A DNA stretch of 64,000 nucleotides. Origin: Octopus sinensis. Lineage: Eukaryota. Of the stretch, positions 37,335-50,139 are shown piece after piece. Position 1 is the first letter of the stretch; every line of letters starts with the position of its first letter. Made by a program: the position numbers and the translations under genes. The DNA lies in NCBI RefSeq assembly GCF_006345805.1, contig NC_042998.1, positions 203,670,001-203,734,000 of the forward strand. The letters are read 5' to 3'. The notes under the pieces are model-generated. The model was not told the origin of the DNA. It saw only the letters and a program-made list of their open reading frames with translations, and did no database searches.

Positions 37335-37840
37335 TCTTCTTCTTCTTCTTCTTCTTCTTCTTCTTCTTCTTCTTCTTCTTCTTCTTCTTCTTCTTTCTTC
37401 TTCTTCTTCTTCTTCGTCTTCTTCTTCTTCTTCTTCTATTCTTCTTCTTCTTCTTCGTCTTCTTCTTCTTATTTTCTTCTTCTTCTTCTTTTTCTTCTTC
37501 TTCTTCTTCTTCTTTTTCTTTCTCGTCCTTCTTCGTCTTCTTCTTCTTCTCTTCTTCTTCGTCTTCTTCTTCTTCTTCTCTTCTTCTTCGTCTTCTTCTC
37601 GTCTTCTTCTCGTCTCTTCTTCGTATTCTTCTTTTTCTTATCTTCTTCTCTCCTTCTTCTTCCTTCTTCTTCTTCTTCTTCTTATCCTTCTTCTTCTCCT
37701 TTCCTCTTCTTCTTCTTCTCTTCTTCTTCTTCTTCTTCCCTCCTCCTCCCCCCTCCTTTCTCTCCCCCTCCCTCCTCCTTCTTCGTTTTCTCTCCTCCTC
37801 CTTCCCCTCCCCCCTCCTCCCCTTCTTCTTCTTCCACCAA
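37335..37840. repeat. (TTC)n/(CCT)n microsatellite
   Basis: Read directly from the sequence. Confidence 0.95.
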
Positions 37841-38169
37841 ATCAAACGTCATAGAAATTACCCTATCGAACCCCTGAACTCTATGAGCGAGGTCCCAATT
37901 ATTGGTTTATCCGCAGCATATAACGTGAGGTGATCAATATACAGAAGGTTATTGATTTCAGTTCGGTGAGATCAACACAACTGAGATTGACTTTGAAAAC
38001 CCGTTTAGTCGACACCTACAAGAAAAAACTTGCTCAAGGAGAAAATTCCTGATTGTTAGATCGTTCTTGGATTGAAGAACTAGGTCACGTGGTTAATATA
38101 GGGAAATGGTGGGCGACGCAAGAAATCTGGCTTTCTTTCGAGCTGTTCGCATTCTATCCTATCCAAATT

Positions 38170-38545
38170 ATTTATCTTGTGTCTTTTTCTTTTATCAGTC
38201 ATTAGACTGCGGCCATACTGGAGTACTGCCTCGAAGAATTTTCTTTTAGTCGAATGAATCGACCCCATTACTTTTTAAAGCTTGGTACTTATTCCATCAG
38301 TCTCTTTTGCCGAACCACTAGGTTAAGGAAGGATGTAAACACACCAACACCGTTTGTCAAGCGGTGGTGGGGGACAAACACAGACACAAAGCCATAGATA
38401 TACATATATAGGACGGGCTTCGTTCAGTTTCCGTCTACCAAACCCACTCACAAAGCTTTGATTTGTCCGACGTAATAGTAGAAAATTACCAAAATGCCAG
38501 GCAGTGGGATTGGCCCGGAAGCATGGGAAGCAAGCTTATGCAGGG
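38170..38545 (-). mobile_element. SINE family A, diverged
   Basis: GTCATTAGACTGCGGCCAT..CTCTTTTGCCGAACC..CAGTTTCCGTCTACCAAA. Confidence 0.8.
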
Positions 38546-38907
38546 CCCACTGACCAAGCTCTGAGATGAAGAATGGTATGAAGAATGGTATGTGAACTCT
38601 TGTGTTGAAGCATATTTTGTTGTATCTCGTGTGGCTCATTGTGCCAGTAATAAATGGCCAAACAATAATCAAATGAAGAAATGAAATAGAACCAGTGCGT
38701 GTGTTTATTATTGGCATAATGACCCTCCCGTGATACAACAAAACCCCTTGAATTCTCTCTCAGATGAAACATTCAAAGCTACTTTATCAAAAAGTATTAT
38801 TAAGGACCAAGGATTTTATGAACAAATAAATCAAGATTTTAAAATAGAAATTACGGAGATGTACTCGCATAGCAAGTGATTTGATCTGAGATAGTGTGCT
38901 GAAACGA

Positions 38908-39190
38908 AACAATTGCAGCGTGGAAGGTGTTTGTAAGCCATTCGAAAACACACCAAAAGCTGTCGTCATTCAACATTTAAGTTTAATTTGTCAAAATATT
39001 TTCGTCGCTTAAGACCGCGACCTGTTCACTGAAAAATCCGTGCTGCATCGGATTTTTGTCAGTGAACAGGTCGCGGGTCTTAAAGCGACGAAAATAATTT
39101 TGACAAATTAAACTTAAATGTTGAAGTGAATCGAACGGTTTTTGTGTGTTTCTTAAATGGCTTACAAACACCTTCCACGCTGCAATTGTT
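38908..39190. mobile_element. About 280-bp near-perfect palindromic (foldback) element
   Basis: AACAATTGCAGCGTGGAAGGTGTTTGTAAGCCATT ... AATGGCTTACAAACACCTTCCACGCTGCAATTGTT; centre AATCCG-TGCTGCAT-CGGATT. Confidence 0.88.
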
Positions 39191-39214
39191 AAAATAGAAA
39201 GACTATATGATAAC

Positions 39215-40195
39215 AAAAGGAACCACCAGCTACAGCTAAACTCAAGTACAGCTTTATGAGTTCCAAATACCCTCCAACTAACAAACTAGTCACGAACTTT
39301 GAACAACACCGATTTCAAATTAATTCAGGCAAACTGAATAATTTCAATGGAAGTGCTAATACAGACGAAGATCTTTGAACAATTGAAACAATGTCTGCAC
39401 AGAATGATTCTGAGCGCTAATGACATGCTGGACGTATGAGCAATCATGGCCAAAGGATGCGGCTTTCATCTGCTATATCACCAAACTGACCCCTAAACGC
39501 AGGAGGCATCTTATGGAATGGATCCTACGAACAAGAGAACCGGTTGTTGTGCTCACTCTATGAAAAACCTTAGTTTTGAGTCGATTAGGTTACTGTTCAC
39601 AGCTTTAGTCACCCAACCCAACCCGTCTCATAGAAGAGATTGAAAGATCACAAAGAACGTTCACTAGTAAAATAACTTTGGTTAAAAGCCTTAATTATTG
39701 GAAACGTCTGAAAGCTCTGCGTCTCTACTCTCTTGAACGCCGGAGATAGATAGACAGACAGGCAGACAGATAGATAGATAGATAGCGAGCGAGAGAGAGA
39801 GAGAGAGAGAGAGAGTCGGCAGACAGAAACACAGAGATATAGAGACATACAGAGATACTATTATATACGTAGCGAAAATCCTGGATGGTTATATTCCAAA
39901 CTTCGGGATTAAAGCGAATTTCAACGCATGACCTGGTAAATTCTATCAGCTTCCAAATATATCACCTTCAAGCTAAAACACTCTATTGTGCCAGTCTAAT
40001 ATTTAGGGGTCCTCAACTCTTCAACTGTTTTCCTAAAGAAATCAGAAAAAATAAAAAAACACTTATAAACTCCTAATGTTGATACCAGACCAGCCAAGCA
40101 TTCAAGGATACACTCGGTGAAGATAGCTGCAACAACACTCAATTATAGGCCAACTTCCAGCCATAAAGTGACAACAAAACTGATAGAAGAATAAG
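39215..40195 (+). mobile_element. Degenerate CR1/L2-group LINE 3' part
   Basis: Remnants KTLVLSRLGYCSQL, NYWKRLKALRLYSLERRR (interrupted by GATA/GA repeats at 39745-39865) and GPQLFNCFP. Confidence 0.7.
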
Positions 40196-40469
40196 GGCAG
40201 TGCTCCAGTATGTCCTCTCCTACGAATGTAACCATTAAAAGAATAAAACAATAAAACTTAGAAAATGACTATTTTTAAATCTCACAGCGAAAGATATTCT
40301 GCAACAGTACTTTGGAGTAAAAATTGTTTGCCAACATAACATGGCAGCCCTGGTTTAGGACGAATGTTGCTGTAATTTAGCCCCAGGAGGCTTCGTCTCC
40401 TGCTGGCCATACGACACGATCTGTGTCCTTATATTTCCCTTATTATCACTAGGTGTTCTCAGTTCATTA

Positions 40470-42200
40470 TTTTAATTGTTGCTTGTTGTTTAGGATGTTT
40501 ATCGTGGATATTGTAAGTATGGCTCTGTTGATTGGAAGTATAATTCGAGTTATAAATGTTGTCTTTAAGTTGGTCATATGATTATTGTTAATGTTAAGAA
40601 GGTTATTTTGAGTGTTGACTAATCTTCACCTTAGTTTGCGGTTGTTAATCCTATGAATATGGTGTTCTAAGTTCTATGAATATGGTGTTCTATGAATTTG
40701 CATAGGATAGTTTTATAGTGTGTCGGTTAAATATTTTGCTGTCCACTCCAGTTTTAGGGAAGCAGCGATCAAGTGCGGTGAAAAATTGTTTCGCGAAATT
40801 AGATGAGATGTTGGAGTTCCAGATTGGGTTATATCAAAATACGTCAGGGTTTTTATAGTTTCGGTTAGATCTGTTTGTCTGGGTGATTGGAGCGGCAACT
40901 GAATTTTGTGGTGGTAGTTGTTTAACTTGTTGCCTATTATAAGTTTTCTTTAACTCATGGTTGATTCTAGTGTGTCTGGGTTTGCTTAGTCTTATCTTAT
41001 GGCTTGAGATTCTATTATCTAGGTTTTTGATATTGTTTTTGTGGTTATTGCTGTGTTTTGGCAAGGTTGTTATAATAAATCGTATTATTATTAGTTGAGT
41101 TATAAGAGTTATTATTATTATTACTATTACTAGTGGTATACTGGATTTTCTCACGGTATCCGGCTGAGTTGTAATAAGGTGTGTGTATGTTGAATATATT
41201 TTCATTTGCAGATAACCTGGATATTCTAGCCGAGATGTTGTTAATAAGTCCCCTAATTATGGATGGTGGGTGATTAGATCCAACACTGATGTATTTTAGG
41301 TTCTCATTAGGTTTATGGAACGGTTCATGTAGACCAGAATCCAAGTCAAAAGTAGCATTTAAAAAGTTGATTCTACGGTATTTATTGATTATAGTGATGG
41401 AGAGTCCTTTATTTAAAAAAAAAACTTAGAGAATTTTTGAACTTTTCTTGCTGTACTTTGCTACATTTATGTAGGAAGAATAATACGTCATCTCTGTATA
41501 GGCCTCCATTCAATCCAGGAATATATAATTGTATCTGGTATAGGATGTAAATTCCTACAAGGACAGTTCTGCAGAATCAAATGATCCCATAGCTATGTCA
41601 AACGCATTTGGAGTATCAGATCTATTCAATAAATTATTATCTAAATCTACTAAGGTACCTCGCACGGCTAGTATAATGTCAGTTTCGTATCTGGAAAGAT
41701 CAGAAATACTTCTAGCAAAGATTAAAGCCTTATTTAAGAGGTTAGGGTTAATATTGGCATAATATCCCTCTATATCTTGTTGAATGAATTTGCTTTGTTT
41801 GCTTGTTATTAAGTGGTTAAACCACCCGATTACTTATTGGGTGTCGGACCATAGTGCTAGGGTATTTCTAGATCGAAGTTGGGGTAAAATCCTATCTAAT
41901 ATTGTCTTACTTACCCACTCGATGTCAGATTTTGAGGGACAGGTTCATCTAACAGTGGGGGCGATACAGAAGTTTGGTTTGTGATCTTTTAGTTGCATTC
42001 GAGGTTTGCGTGGTGCATAAGGTTCAGTTCTATCGAGTATATTTAAGTTATTTACTATTTCTAAACCCTTTCTATTTATTATGTTGAGTGTATCTGCTTG
42101 TGCGTGTCTGTATTTACCGAATAATTCATGACGTATCAGATTTTTATAGAGGTTAAAGTCAACAATATATACATTACTGGTTTTGTCAAGTGGTACGATT
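40470..42200 (-). mobile_element. Penelope-like element, degenerate RT and thumb
   Basis: Minus strand FIQQDIEGYYANINPNLLNKAL..FDIAMGSFDSA, GGLYRDDVLF (about 41485-41510) and FHKPNENLKYISVGSNHPPSII; same family type as 1-1428; boundaries approximate. Confidence 0.8.
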
Positions 42201-42215
42201 ATTCTCTGGGCTTTT

Positions 42216-42315
42216 NNNNNNNNNNNNNNNNNNNNNNNNNNNNNNNNNNNNNNNNNNNNNNNNNNNNNNNNNNNNNNNNNNNNNNNNNNNNNNNNNNNNN
42301 NNNNNNNNNNNNNNN
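42216..42315. other. Assembly gap (100 N)
   Basis: Run of N. Confidence 1.
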
Positions 42316-42329
42316 TAATAATAATATAA

Positions 42330-42897
42330 ACATCTTCCTGAAGCTGTGACTGAGGGAGAAAATGTGTCGATTCTATGGGACTTTCCCGTGCAGACCGACA
42401 GGACTATAAAAGCCAATAAACCGGATATCATTATAAAAGATCAGACAAAAAGGATGTGTTTATTAATTGACATGAGTATTCCCTGTGATCAGAATAAAGC
42501 GGCGAAAGAATTTGACAAGATTAGTAAATATAAAGACTTGCTAATGGAAATTGAAAAAATGTGGCATCTCAAGGCGACTACAGTACCAGTGATTGTAGGT
42601 ACTCTAGGAATGATAATAAAAGGTACTGAAACCTATTTGAAAATGATACCAGGCTTACCATCCCTACAGGAAGTGCAAAAAATTGTGTTAACTTGAACGG
42701 CTCATGTACTGAGAAGAGCATTATTGCTGTGAAAACAACATCTATCCATGAATTTATTTATTCATTAATTTTTTAAATACAAATTTTGCCTGTGAATTTG
42801 CATGTGTAATCTGGGAATGCATACAATGCCCTTCTCTGCCCTAGGTGTACGGAAAACACCCGGCGAGAAACGGAAGAAAATTTGAAGAAGGAAAAAC

Positions 42898-42900
<3 letters not shown>
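42330..42900 (+). mobile_element. R4/Dong-type non-LTR element 3' end (restriction-like endonuclease) with a (TAA)n tail
   Basis: ILWDFPVQTDRTIKANKPDIIIKD..CLLIDMSIPCD..KISKYKDL..VPVIVGTLG (PD..D..K motif); (TAA)n at 42899-42955. Confidence 0.88.
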
Positions 42901-42951
<51 letters not shown>

Positions 42952-43109
42952 GTAATTATGATGATGATGATAATCGTTTCATCCATTCAGTCTTTAAGAC
43001 GGTAGTTAAAATCACCTCAGAAGGAAATTTTGGGTAATTTAAGAATAACGACGGAATTTAATTTGGTTCCATCTGCAAAACACGAAACGAAAGTGAAGTA
43101 TCTTTTATC

Positions 43110-43542
43110 TCTTAATTGTTTCTGCCATCTGATTGCGGCCATGCTGGTGCACCGCTTTGGAGAATTTTAGTCAAATGAATTGACTACAGTATTTTTTAAA
43201 ACCTGGTACTTATTCTATCGGTCTCATTTGCTGAACCGCTATGTTACGAGGACGCAAACACACTAACCTCTGTTGAGAAGTAGTGGTGTGGGACGAACCT
43301 GACACAAAGACACATGCACGCACACACGCACACATACACAAACACACACACACGCACGCACACACACAAACACATACACACACACATATATGTAAGTATG
43401 TGATGGGCTTCTTTCAGTTTTCGTCCAGCAAATCTCCTCACAAGGCTTTGGTCGGCCCGGGGCTGTAATGGAAGACACACACAATCCAGGTGCCATGCAG
43501 TGGGATTGAACCCGGAAGCAAGCCCCTCATCACACAGCCACG
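43110..43542 (-). mobile_element. SINE family A
   Basis: Tail, internal CA tract and head all recognisable. Confidence 0.82.
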
Positions 43543-44125
43543 AATGCTCTGTACTTACATCTTAAAGCTCATCAAGTGTTTTGTTTCTGGTTTGTCAAGA
43601 AAAACATGAATGCCTCATTTTATGTTCCTAATTCACTTCAAAATCTGTTTTCTCAGGTTTTTTTTGTTATATTTAAGAAACTGTGCGATCTTTTGTGATA
43701 TTTCTACTTTCAGACGATTCTTTGGTAGCAACCTTTTGAAAAAATTAGACATTGGCAAAACCCCTATTCCTCGTTTGACATTTTTATTGCTTTTTCAATT
43801 ATTTGCCATTTCCCTTTTACCAGCTGTCGGGAGTGAGCAGGATTTACCCTCAGAAATCGTTCAACGCGTGGCATATTCTGCTGTTGGTCTTTATGCAATC
43901 CCTAAAGTTTCTCTCAACTGCACAAAGGGCCAAACCTTACAGTTGGTCTTCCAAACAAATTCTAAGTCTTGAAGATGACACTTCTCACTGCAAGCACTAC
44001 GCCTCTTTTTCACATTCAACCATTTATCGCGATGATGTCTATTCAAGAATGTTTCTTCGCGAACATAAAAAAATGTCAGTTATATTAACATCACATTAAA
44101 ATGTAATTTTCTACATTGAATTCTT

Positions 44126-44503
44126 TTATTCTTTTATTTGTTTCAGTCATTTGACTGCGGCCATGCTGGAGCACCGCCTTTAGTCGAGCAAGTCGACCCT
44201 AGGACTTGTTCTTTGTAAGCCTAATACTTATTCCATCGGTCTCTTTTGCCGAACTGCTAAACACATCAGCATCTGGTGTCAAGCGATGTTGGGGTGGGGG
44301 AACAAACACACACACATTGATATGTATATTTATATATATATATACGACGAGCTTCTTTCAGTTTCCGTCAACCAAATCCACTCACAAGGCTTTGGTCGGC
44401 TCGAGGCTATAGTAGAAGACACTTGCCGAAGGTACCACGCAGTGGAACTGAACTCAGAGCCATGTGGTTGGTAAGCAAGTTACTTACCACACACCCACTC
44501 CTG
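44126..44503 (-). mobile_element. SINE family A
   Basis: TTCAGTCATTTGACTGCGGCCATGCTGGAGCACCGCC ... CTTACCACACACCCACTCCTG. Confidence 0.88.
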
Positions 44504-44557
44504 AATCACTTTTAAACAATAAGCCGCATAAACACACACACGCACGCACGCACACAC

Positions 44558-44590
<33 letters not shown>

Positions 44591-45329
44591 CGACAGTGTC
44601 TCAACAGGGTTACCGATTATCGTTGGCTGTTAATCACTTCCCATACACGGTCTCAGGCCTGAAGGCAAAGAACTGCATAAATCAGTGGCTGAATGACCCG
44701 CGGCTACGGCTTTTGTTATTTTTCGTTTCCGCAGTTTTATTGCGGCATTCATTGCCTTACACTCAGCTATAATGCGATCCACCAAACTCGAAACTGCACA
44801 CACACACACACGCACACGCGCACACACACACACACACACGCACACGCACACACACAAACACAAACACACACACGCACACACACGCACAGAGACACACACA
44901 CACACACAAACACACACACAAACACACACACACACACGTATACATATAAAATATGTGTGTTGGTATATACAATGCGTTTGTATCAATGAATATATATGTG
45001 TTTTGTGTGTGTGTGTGTGTGTGTGAATGTGCGTTCTTCGCTTTTCCCTTGTAATTTTAAAAGGCCTTTGAGCGGCCCCCTACTCACCTGCAAGATCGCG
45101 AAGGAAAGCGTCTCCTTTTAAGCATGACATTTTCAATCTTAAGGTCCCGCAGATTTTTATAGTCGCAGATGTCGCGATCATTTGTTGCATAAGAGTTAAC
45201 GATTCAGCCATACTTTGCCCCAGACAAGTTGGTATGTATCCTGCGGTTCCAATGATAATAGGTATGAGACCGAAAGGGCATCACGGGCACTGGATTTGCA
45301 AACGCCTTCTTAATGGTCCATAGATGTCC

Positions 45330-46020
45330 TCTATGTATGTATGTATGTATGTATGTATGTATGTATGTATGTATGTATGTATGTAGGTATGTTATGTATG
45401 TAGGTATGTATGTATGTATGTATGTATGTGTGTATGTATGTATTATGTATGTAGGTATGTATGATGTATGTATGCGTGTATGTATGTATGTATGTATGTA
45501 TGTATGTATGTATGTATGTTGTTATTGTAGTATTAGTATGTATGTATGTATGTATTGTATGTATGTAGGTATTTATGTATGTATGTATGTATGTATGTAT
45601 ATGTATGTACGTATGTATGTATGTACGTATGTATGTATGTATGTAATGTATGTATGTATGTATGTATGTATGTATGTATGTATTTATGTATGTATGTGTG
45701 TCATTATTCAATTTTATCTCAAGATTTCTTGCCAATACAGAAAGAATCGGTTTCTAACCTAGATCCAAGGCCCCTTCATTGGAATTTCAACATCAACAAC
45801 AGGGTATGTATGTATGTATGTATGTAAGCATGTGTGTATGTATGTTGTATACATACAGATTTGTATGTTATGTTTTATGTATGTATTCACAGGCATATAC
45901 TTGCATATTTAGACATGCTTATGCATGTATGTATGTATGTATGTATGTATGTAGTATGTATGTATATATGTACGTATGTATGCATGCATGTATGTATGTA
46001 TGTATGTATGTATATATGTA
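45330..46020. repeat. (TATG)n microsatellite blocks
   Basis: Read directly from the sequence. Confidence 0.95.
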
Positions 46021-46769
46021 AATAAGGCATGGAAGTACAGATGAGTGTGTGTGGGCGATGAAGATGGTGAGGGAGCGGGTGTGTGCGTGATTGACAGTTA
46101 ATTTACCTGCTTTGTGTTACCTTGCTTAAATATTGTGAGGAGAGCTAATGAAGATATCTGCATTACAACTGTTAATTATCAGTGGATATTGCTCCACCCA
46201 CAAATATAAATACACAACATGGCTACAACGGCCTGCTTCTTCTCATACACAGCCACACATACACTCACACACATCTGTAATTACACATACACACTCACCA
46301 CGTATACTTTCTCAAACGCACGCACACACACACACACACTCACACATAATCCCGCATGTTCATACAGACACACATACAAACATACACACCCACTCCCCTA
46401 TACATACATCACCTACAACCTCTTCAACACACACATATATTCCCACACAATTACGCACAAGCACACAGAAAAGTACAACACACACACATATTCAGAAACT
46501 CACACATGCGCAAACACACAGACACGCCCCCCCCCCCCAGAGTGACGTCAACGCCAGTACACTTCCGTTACGAAAGTGTAGAAACATAGAACACAAACCA
46601 ACCAATAAAGAAACCTCGATCTGCTGGAAACAGCAGTCAAATTCCCCTTAATGTAACACCTCATCGCCTTTGCAGAAAGACAAGTGGGTCATTCTAACCC
46701 TAGAACAATAACCTACCTGTCTATTTATCAATGTATATGTGTGTGTGTATGTGTGTTGATATATATATT

Positions 46770-46861
<92 letters not shown>

Positions 46862-46933
46862 GGTTCCGGGTTGAGTCGGGGTTAACCACAGTAAATAAGG
46901 TACTCAATACATAGCAGAGTAAAGTAATTATTT

Positions 46934-47026
46934 TATAGAAGGAGCTTTTACAGGACTAGAACTGTTTCATTCAGGAAGATTTCATCTGAATGAAACAGTT
47001 CTAGTCCTGTAGAAGCTCCTTCTATA
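46934..47026. repeat. About 93-bp hairpin
   Basis: TATAGAAGGAGCTT.TACAGGACTAGAACTGTTTCATTCAG / CTGAATGAAACAGTTCTAGTCCTGTA.AAGCTCCTTCTATA around a short spacer. Confidence 0.85.
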
Positions 47027-47144
47027 ATATATATATATATATAGATAATATATATGTATATATATGTGTGTGTGTGTGTATTTATGTATGTATATTTATA
47101 TATATATATGTATACATAAACAAACACACAGACACATATATACA

Positions 47145-47310
47145 CAGGCGCAGGTATGTGTGTGTGGTAAGAAGATCGCTTGCCAACCCCATGTTTCCGT
47201 GTTCAGTCCCATTGCGTGGCAACTTGGGCAAGTGTCTACTGTTATAGCCTTGGGTGAACCAAAGCCTTGTGAGTGGTTTTGATAGAAGGAAACTGAAAGA
47301 AGCTCGTCGT
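47145..47310 (+). mobile_element. SINE family A, 5' half
   Basis: AGGCGCAGGT.TGTGTGTGTGGTAAGAAG..GTTCAGTCCC..AAACTGAAAGAAGCTCGTCG. Confidence 0.8.
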
Positions 47311-47311
47311 G

Positions 47312-47356
<45 letters not shown>

Positions 47357-47389
47357 CCATATATATATATATATAAATGAATGTTTTTA

Positions 47390-47770
47390 TATATAATGAA
47401 CGTGAAATACAGGAAGGGACGAACACGGAACACAGACAAATCATTCGAAGCCTTCAATCTTCAGTCAGACACCGAATCATCATAGCAAATTTCGGCTGTT
47501 CAATTCTGATATTTGCTCCAACTCGGCCAGCCCCAAGAAAAAAAACTAAGCTGTAAGCATTAGATTTCTTGGTAGAAGACAGGAATGTGAACGCACAAGA
47601 CGGATGTGAATACAAGAGACGAAAACGAAATTGAAAACAGTAATGAAAAAACAAAATGTATATAACGGTGGTTGTCATACGACTTAGACCAAATGAGACA
47701 AAACAACAACAACATAGCAGCTGGCGTAGAAATAATTACCGTTTCGGTAGCGGGGACACATGTTGTCGAG
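47390..47770 (-). mobile_element. Short element related to 8060-8565
   Basis: Shared blocks as listed for 8060-8565; strand is tentative. Confidence 0.6.
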
Positions 47771-49100
47771 ATACGAAGGCCAACAGGTGGTTGAAGAAGC
47801 AGCAGGTCGCAGGAGAGAGAGAAAGAGAGACAGAGAGAGAGGGAATCAAAGAGGGAGGGGGAAGGCAGGGGACAGAATCAGTGACCAAGAGAGAAGGAGA
47901 AAGAAGGGATTAAGGAGGATGGGAGGAAGATGGGAGGAGAATGGGAGGAAGAGAGGGGAAGAATCGGAGGGCGCCAAAAAAGTTTAGTGAAGAAGCAATG
48001 GCGGGTAGTAAAAGACATATATATATATATATATGTATGTATGTACACCCTAACTCCGTAACTTAGCGGTTCACAAAAGACCAATAGAATATGTATCAGG
48101 TTTTAAAAAAATAAGTACCAGGGTTTATTCATCTGGTTAAAAACTCTTCAAGGCTGTGAATATATATATATAGTTTTTCCTATCTTTCTATATATCTATA
48201 TATTTACACTTACGTGTATGGGCATGTGTGTGTGTGTGTGTATGTGTGCGCTCGCGTGTGTGTATTCAGTTACTGTGAGACTGTGTGTGTCAATAACCGG
48301 GTCACAGATGTGTGATAAAAATTGTGACGCAATAGAAATAAGTGAAAAGAAATTTATTGATCCTAAATACCAAGGACAACTCTTATACGATGTAAGTTCT
48401 ACACACATTCGCGCGCGCGCGCATTAGAACTGGAACGTCTTACTTTGTGCCTGAGTCTGACATTTCCGACCCACGAACGAAGCAAAAAGCAGGTAACGAG
48501 GCCTTTGTCAAAGCGAGCACGTTGCCTCATTCCACTACTGAAGTCGGTTGCTTGACTTTCCAACTTGATAGTTGCACTGTTTCCTGAAGGAAACTAGCTT
48601 GGAACCGAAGACAACCGAAGAAAGCCACCAAGGAGCCAAGCGTGACAGCTTAGACGAGCTCAAGATAGCTGTGGTTGACAAGGGACCGTAGGCAGAAACG
48701 GTATAGGGAGAAAGACTAATTCAGCCCACGCTGCCCAATCTCAGGCCAAGTGTACGCGCCAAAGGGCGAAACGCTTGTGACCCTGAGATACTTGCTGTTT
48801 ATACAGAAGGGTTTGTAACATTGCGACGGAATCAGAAGAGCTTAATAAACCTGTGAGTAACTTCTGCAGTTTCTGCCTGGAACAAAGCATCTCCAATGTT
48901 TATTTCACATTATTTCATCTTTCATCCAGAAAATGAAAGCAAGCAGCGGCCATTTCCTTAGGTAGGCGTCTATATTGGATGAATGTTAATAACCGTTGCA
49001 ACATGGTCCTGATTTATGATTAGGAATCACCCAAATTCCTTTTCGTAGATCAGAAATTTCAAAGTCGGAGACGCGACATTTCAGGTTAAGTTTTATATAT

Positions 49101-49405
49101 CACGTGATCACGTGACCGACCAGACCATCAGATGTTGTTACACATCGCTGGTCACAATGCGTTCGCATTGTTTTAGCCTTTGAATGACGCCACCCCGCTG
49201 GCTAAACGAGCAGGCCAACAGAAGAAAGAGTAGAAGAAAGAGTGGTGAAAGAGTACAGCAGGGATCACCACCCCCTGCCGGAGCCTCGTGGAGCTGTTAG
49301 GTGTTTTCGCTCAATAAACACACACAACGCCCGGTCTGGGAATCGAAACCGCGATCCTCCGACCGTGAGTCCGCTGCCCTAACCACTGGACCATTGCGCC
49401 TCCAC
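49101..49405 (-). mobile_element. SINE with a family B head and a different tail, 13-bp TSD
   Basis: Head as in 23510; tail ends ..GGTCGGTCACGTGATCACGTG; TSD AAGTTTTATATAT at 49088-49100 and 49406-49418. Confidence 0.88.
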
Positions 49406-49498
49406 AAGTTTTATATATACAGATATATTTTGTCACTTTGCTGTTTGTATTGAGTCCTCCCTGTTTTCCTTCTTTACATTGAAATCCTTACTTTAAGC

Positions 49499-49969
49499 TA
49501 GTGGTTTTCAACCTGTGGTCTACGGATCCTAGGTGGTACACAAAGGTAGTACTGGGGGTCCGTGAAGAACCCCCAGCACTACAGACCTTTCAATATCCTG
49601 GGGTTCGTGGGAAAACTCAGTTAAATGAAAGGGGTTCGTGGGAAAACTCAGTTAAATGAAAGGGGTTCGTGGGAAAACTCAGTTAAATGAAAGGAGTTCG
49701 TGGGAAAACTCAGTTAAATGAAAGGGGTTCGTGGGAAAACTCAGTTAAATGAAAGGGGTTCGTGGGAAAACCCAGGTATATGAAAGGGGTTCGTGGGAAA
49801 ATTCAGGTAAATGAAAGGGGTTCGTGGGAAAACTCAGGTAAATGAAAGTGGTTCGTGGGAAAACTCAGGTAAATGAAAGGGGTTCGTGCGAAAACTGAGG
49901 TAAATGAAAGGGGTTCGTGGGAAAACTCAGTTAAATGAAAGGGGTCGTTGGTAGTGTGGGGAACCATTG
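49499..49969. mobile_element. hAT (Charlie-like) non-autonomous element
   Basis: Ends TAGTGGTTTTCAAC / GGGGAACCATTG; 8-bp flanks CTTTAAGC / CTTTGAAC (6 of 8). Confidence 0.65.
49600..49945. repeat. 31-bp minisatellite, about 11 copies
   Basis: Unit GGGGTTCGTGGGAAAACTCAGTTAAATGAAA repeated head to tail with no spacers. Confidence 0.95.
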
Positions 49970-50139
49970 CTTTGAACTGTCTATTTACATACATTCGTGC
50001 GTATTCGCACTCGTGCACACACAGACACGCACAGACACACACTCATACACACACACACTCTCTCTCTCCCCCTCACACACACATATATATATATGTACCA
50101 ATGCATATATTTATATATAAGACCCATCTAATATATATT

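Noticed and set aside
42128-42431. ORFs spanning the N run
   Set aside because: Artefacts of the assembly gap.
49600-49945. CRISPR-like array (31-bp repeat)
   Set aside because: Units are contiguous with no unique spacers, there are no cas genes, and the context is eukaryotic; it is a minisatellite.
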